The notes under the pieces: generated by a model
Seen by the model: the letters and a program-made list of their open reading frames with translations, nothing else
Told to the model about the DNA's origin: nothing
The model's database searches: none
Program-made: the position numbers and the translations under genes
Shown: in pieces, positions 61,285 to 64,000 of the stretch
Layout of the letters: each line of letters begins with the position of its first letter
Position numbering within the stretch: position 1 is the first letter of the stretch
Source: Squalus acanthias
Lineage: Eukaryota
Reading direction: 5' to 3'
Length of the DNA stretch: 64,000 bases
NCBI GenBank assembly: GCA_030390025.1
Contig: CM059432.1
Span: 133,178,001-133,242,000, forward strand

Positions 61285-64000
61285 TTGTCCTTTGTCTGGT
61301 TTGAGGTTTATCGTCAATTGTCTGGTTTGAAGTTTATTTTCCTTTGTCTGGTTTGAAGTTTATTGTCGATTGTCTGGTTTGAGGTTTATTGTCGATTGTC
61401 TGGTTTGAAGTTTATTGTCCATTGTCTGGTTTGAGGTTTATTGTCCATTGTCTGGTTTGAGGTTTATTGTCCATTGTCTGGTTTGAGGTTTATTGTCCAT
61501 TGTCTGGTTTGAGGTTTATTGTCAATTGTCTGGTTTGAGGTTTATTGTCCATTGTCTGGTTTGAGGTTTATTGTCCTTTGTCTGGTTTGAGGTTTATTGT
61601 CGATTGTCTGGTTTGAGGTTTATTGTCGATTGTCTGGTTTGAGGTTTATTGTCCTTTGTCTGGTTTGAGGTTTATTGTCCTTTGTCTGGTTTGAGGTTTA
61701 TTGTCTTTTGTCTGGTTTGAGGTTTATTGTCAATTGTCTGGTTTGAGGTTTATTGTCAATTGTCTGGTTTGAGGTTTATTGTCAATTGTCTGGTTTGAGG
61801 TTTATTGTCGATTGTCTGGTTTGAGGTTTATTGTCCATTGTCTGGTTTGAGGTTTATTGTCCATTGTCTGGTTTGAGGTTTATTGTCCTTTTTCTGGTTT
61901 GAGGTTTATTGTCCATTGTCTGGTTTGAGGTTTATTGTCCATTGTCTGGTTTGAGGTTTATTGTCCTTTGTCTGGTCTGAGGTTTATTGTCAATTGTCTG
62001 GTTTGAGGTTTATTGTCCATTGTCTGGTTTGAGGTTTATTGTCCATTGTCTGGTTTGAGGTTTATTGTCCCATGTCTGGTTTAAGATTTATTGTCAATTG
62101 TCTGGTTTGAGGTTTATTGTCCTTTGTCTGGTCTGAGGTTTATTGTCAATTGTCTGGTTTGAGGTTTATTGTCCATTGTCTGGTTTGAGGTTTATTGTCC
62201 ATTGTTTGGTTTGAGGTTTATCGTCCAGTTTCTGGTTTGAGGTTTATTGTCAATTGTCTGGTTTGAGGTTTATTGTCCAGTTTCTGGTTTGAGGTTTATT
62301 GTCAATTGTCTGGTTTGAGGTTTATTGTCCATTGTCTGGTTTGAGGTTTATTGTCCCATGTCTGGTTTAAGATTTATTGTCAATTGTCTGGTTTGAGGTT
62401 TATTGTCAATTGTCTGGTTTGAGGTTTATTGTCCATTGTTTGGTTTGAGGTTTATTGTCCCATGTCTGGTTTAAGATTTATTGTCAATTGTCTGGTTTGA
62501 GGTTTATTGTCCATTGTCTGGTTTGAGGTTTATTGTCCCATGTCTGGTTTAAGATTTATTGTCAATTGTCTGGTTTGAGGTTTATTGTCAATTGTCTGGT
62601 TTGAGGTTTATTGTCCATTGTCTGGTTTGAGGTTTATTGTCAATTGTCTGGTTTGAGGTTTATTGTCAATTGTCTGGTTTGAGGTTTATTGTCAATTGTC
62701 TGGTTTGAGGTTTATTGTCCATTGTCTGGTTTGAGGTTTATTGTCAATTGTCTGGTTTGAGGTTTATTGTCAATTGTCTGGTTTGAGGTTTATTGTCAAT
62801 TGTCTGGTTTGAGGTTTATTGTCCATTGTTTGGTTTGAGGTTTATCGTCCAGTTTCTGGTTTGAGGTTTATTGTCAATTGTCTGGTTTGAGGTTTATTGT
62901 CCATTGTCTGGTTTGAGGTTTATTGTCCATTGTTTGGTTTGAGGTTTATTGTCCATTGTCTGGTTTGAGGTTTATTGTCCTTTGTCTGGTTTGAGGTTTA
63001 TTGTCCTTTGTCTGGTTTGAGGTTTATTGTCTTTTGTCTGGTTTGAGGTTTATTGTCGATTGTCTGGTTTGAGGTTTATTGTCCTTTGTCTGGTTTGAGG
63101 TTTATTGTCGATTGTCTGGTTTGAGGTTTATTGTCCTTTGTCTGGTTTGAGGTTTATTGTCCTTTGTCTGGTTTGAGGTTTATTGTCCTTTGTCTGGTTT
63201 GAGGTTTATTGTCCTTTGTCTGGTTTGAGGTTTATTGTCAATTGTCTGGTTTGAGGTTTATTGTCAATTGTCTGGTTTGAGGTTTATTGTCAATTGTCTG
63301 GTTTGAGGTTTATTGTCCTTTGTCTGGTTTGAGGTTTATTGTCCTTTGTCTTGTTTGAGGTTTATTGTCTTTTGTCTGGTTTGAGGTTTATTGTCAATTG
63401 TCTGGTTTGAGGTTTATTGTCAATTGTCTGGTTTGAGGTTTATTGTCAATTGTCTGGTTTGAGGTTTATTGTCAATTGTCTGGTTTGAGGTTTATTGTCC
63501 TTTTTCTGGTTTGAGGTTTATTGTCCATTGTCTGGTTTGAGGTTTATTGTCCTTTTTCTGGTTTGAGGTTTATTGTCCTTTGTCTTGTTTGAGGTTTATT
63601 GTCTTTTGTCTGGTTTGAGGTTTATTGTCCATTGTTTGGTTTGAGGTTTATTGTCCTTTGTCTTGTTTGAGGTTTATTGTCTTTTGTCTGGTTTGAGGTT
63701 TATTGTCCTTTGTCTGGTTTGAGGTTTATTGTCTTTTGTCTTGTTTGAGGTTTATTGTCCTTTGTCTGGTTTGAGGTTTATTGTCTTTTGTCTGGTTTGA
63801 GGTTTATTGTCCTTTGTCTTGTTTGAGGTTTATTGTCCTTTGTCTGGTTTGAGGTTTATTGTCTTTTGTCTGGTTTGAGGTTTATTGTCCTTTGTCTGGT
63901 TTGAGGTTTATTGTCCATTGTCTGGTTTGAGGTTTATTGTCCTTTGTCTGGTTTGAGGTTTATTGTCCATTGTCTGGTTTGAGGTTTATTGTCCTTTGTC
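61285..64000. repeat. 26-bp tandem array (about 100 units; runs off the window end)
   Basis: Unit TGTCTGGTTTGAGGTTTATTGTCnnT with nn = CA/AA/CT/GA/TT. Confidence 0.98.

Noticed and set aside
61285..64000. CRISPR array or telomeric repeat
   Set aside because: No unique spacers, eukaryotic context, and the unit is not TTAGGG.

Overview
Repeat-dense eukaryotic DNA, almost certainly from a cartilaginous fish. This is inferred from the repeat spectrum: CR1 LINEs with (CATAGAA)n-type tails, an HE1/V-type SINE, many Deu-domain SacSINE1-like SINEs, L2 tails, a Neptune-like Penelope element and Harbinger-type MITEs. I found no convincing host protein-coding gene; the window looks intergenic or intronic. 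The main structure is a three-level nest at 41.8-49.0 kb: a probable solo LTR contains a Penelope-like element (RT + GIY-YIG), which is itself split by a 5'-truncated CR1. Directly after it is a 1.1-kb 9-bp minisatellite reading as (X-Pro-Y)n, including Thr-Pro-Ala units. Also present are short Penelope-terminus insertions with target duplications and decayed hammerhead motifs, Harbinger Myb/SANT gene relics with several hairpin-rich MITE families, a probable 3' LTR with polypurine tract, two old inverted-repeat pairs, and a 26-bp tandem array running off the right end. Repeat family names come from recognition, not database searches, and boundaries of decayed copies are approximate.
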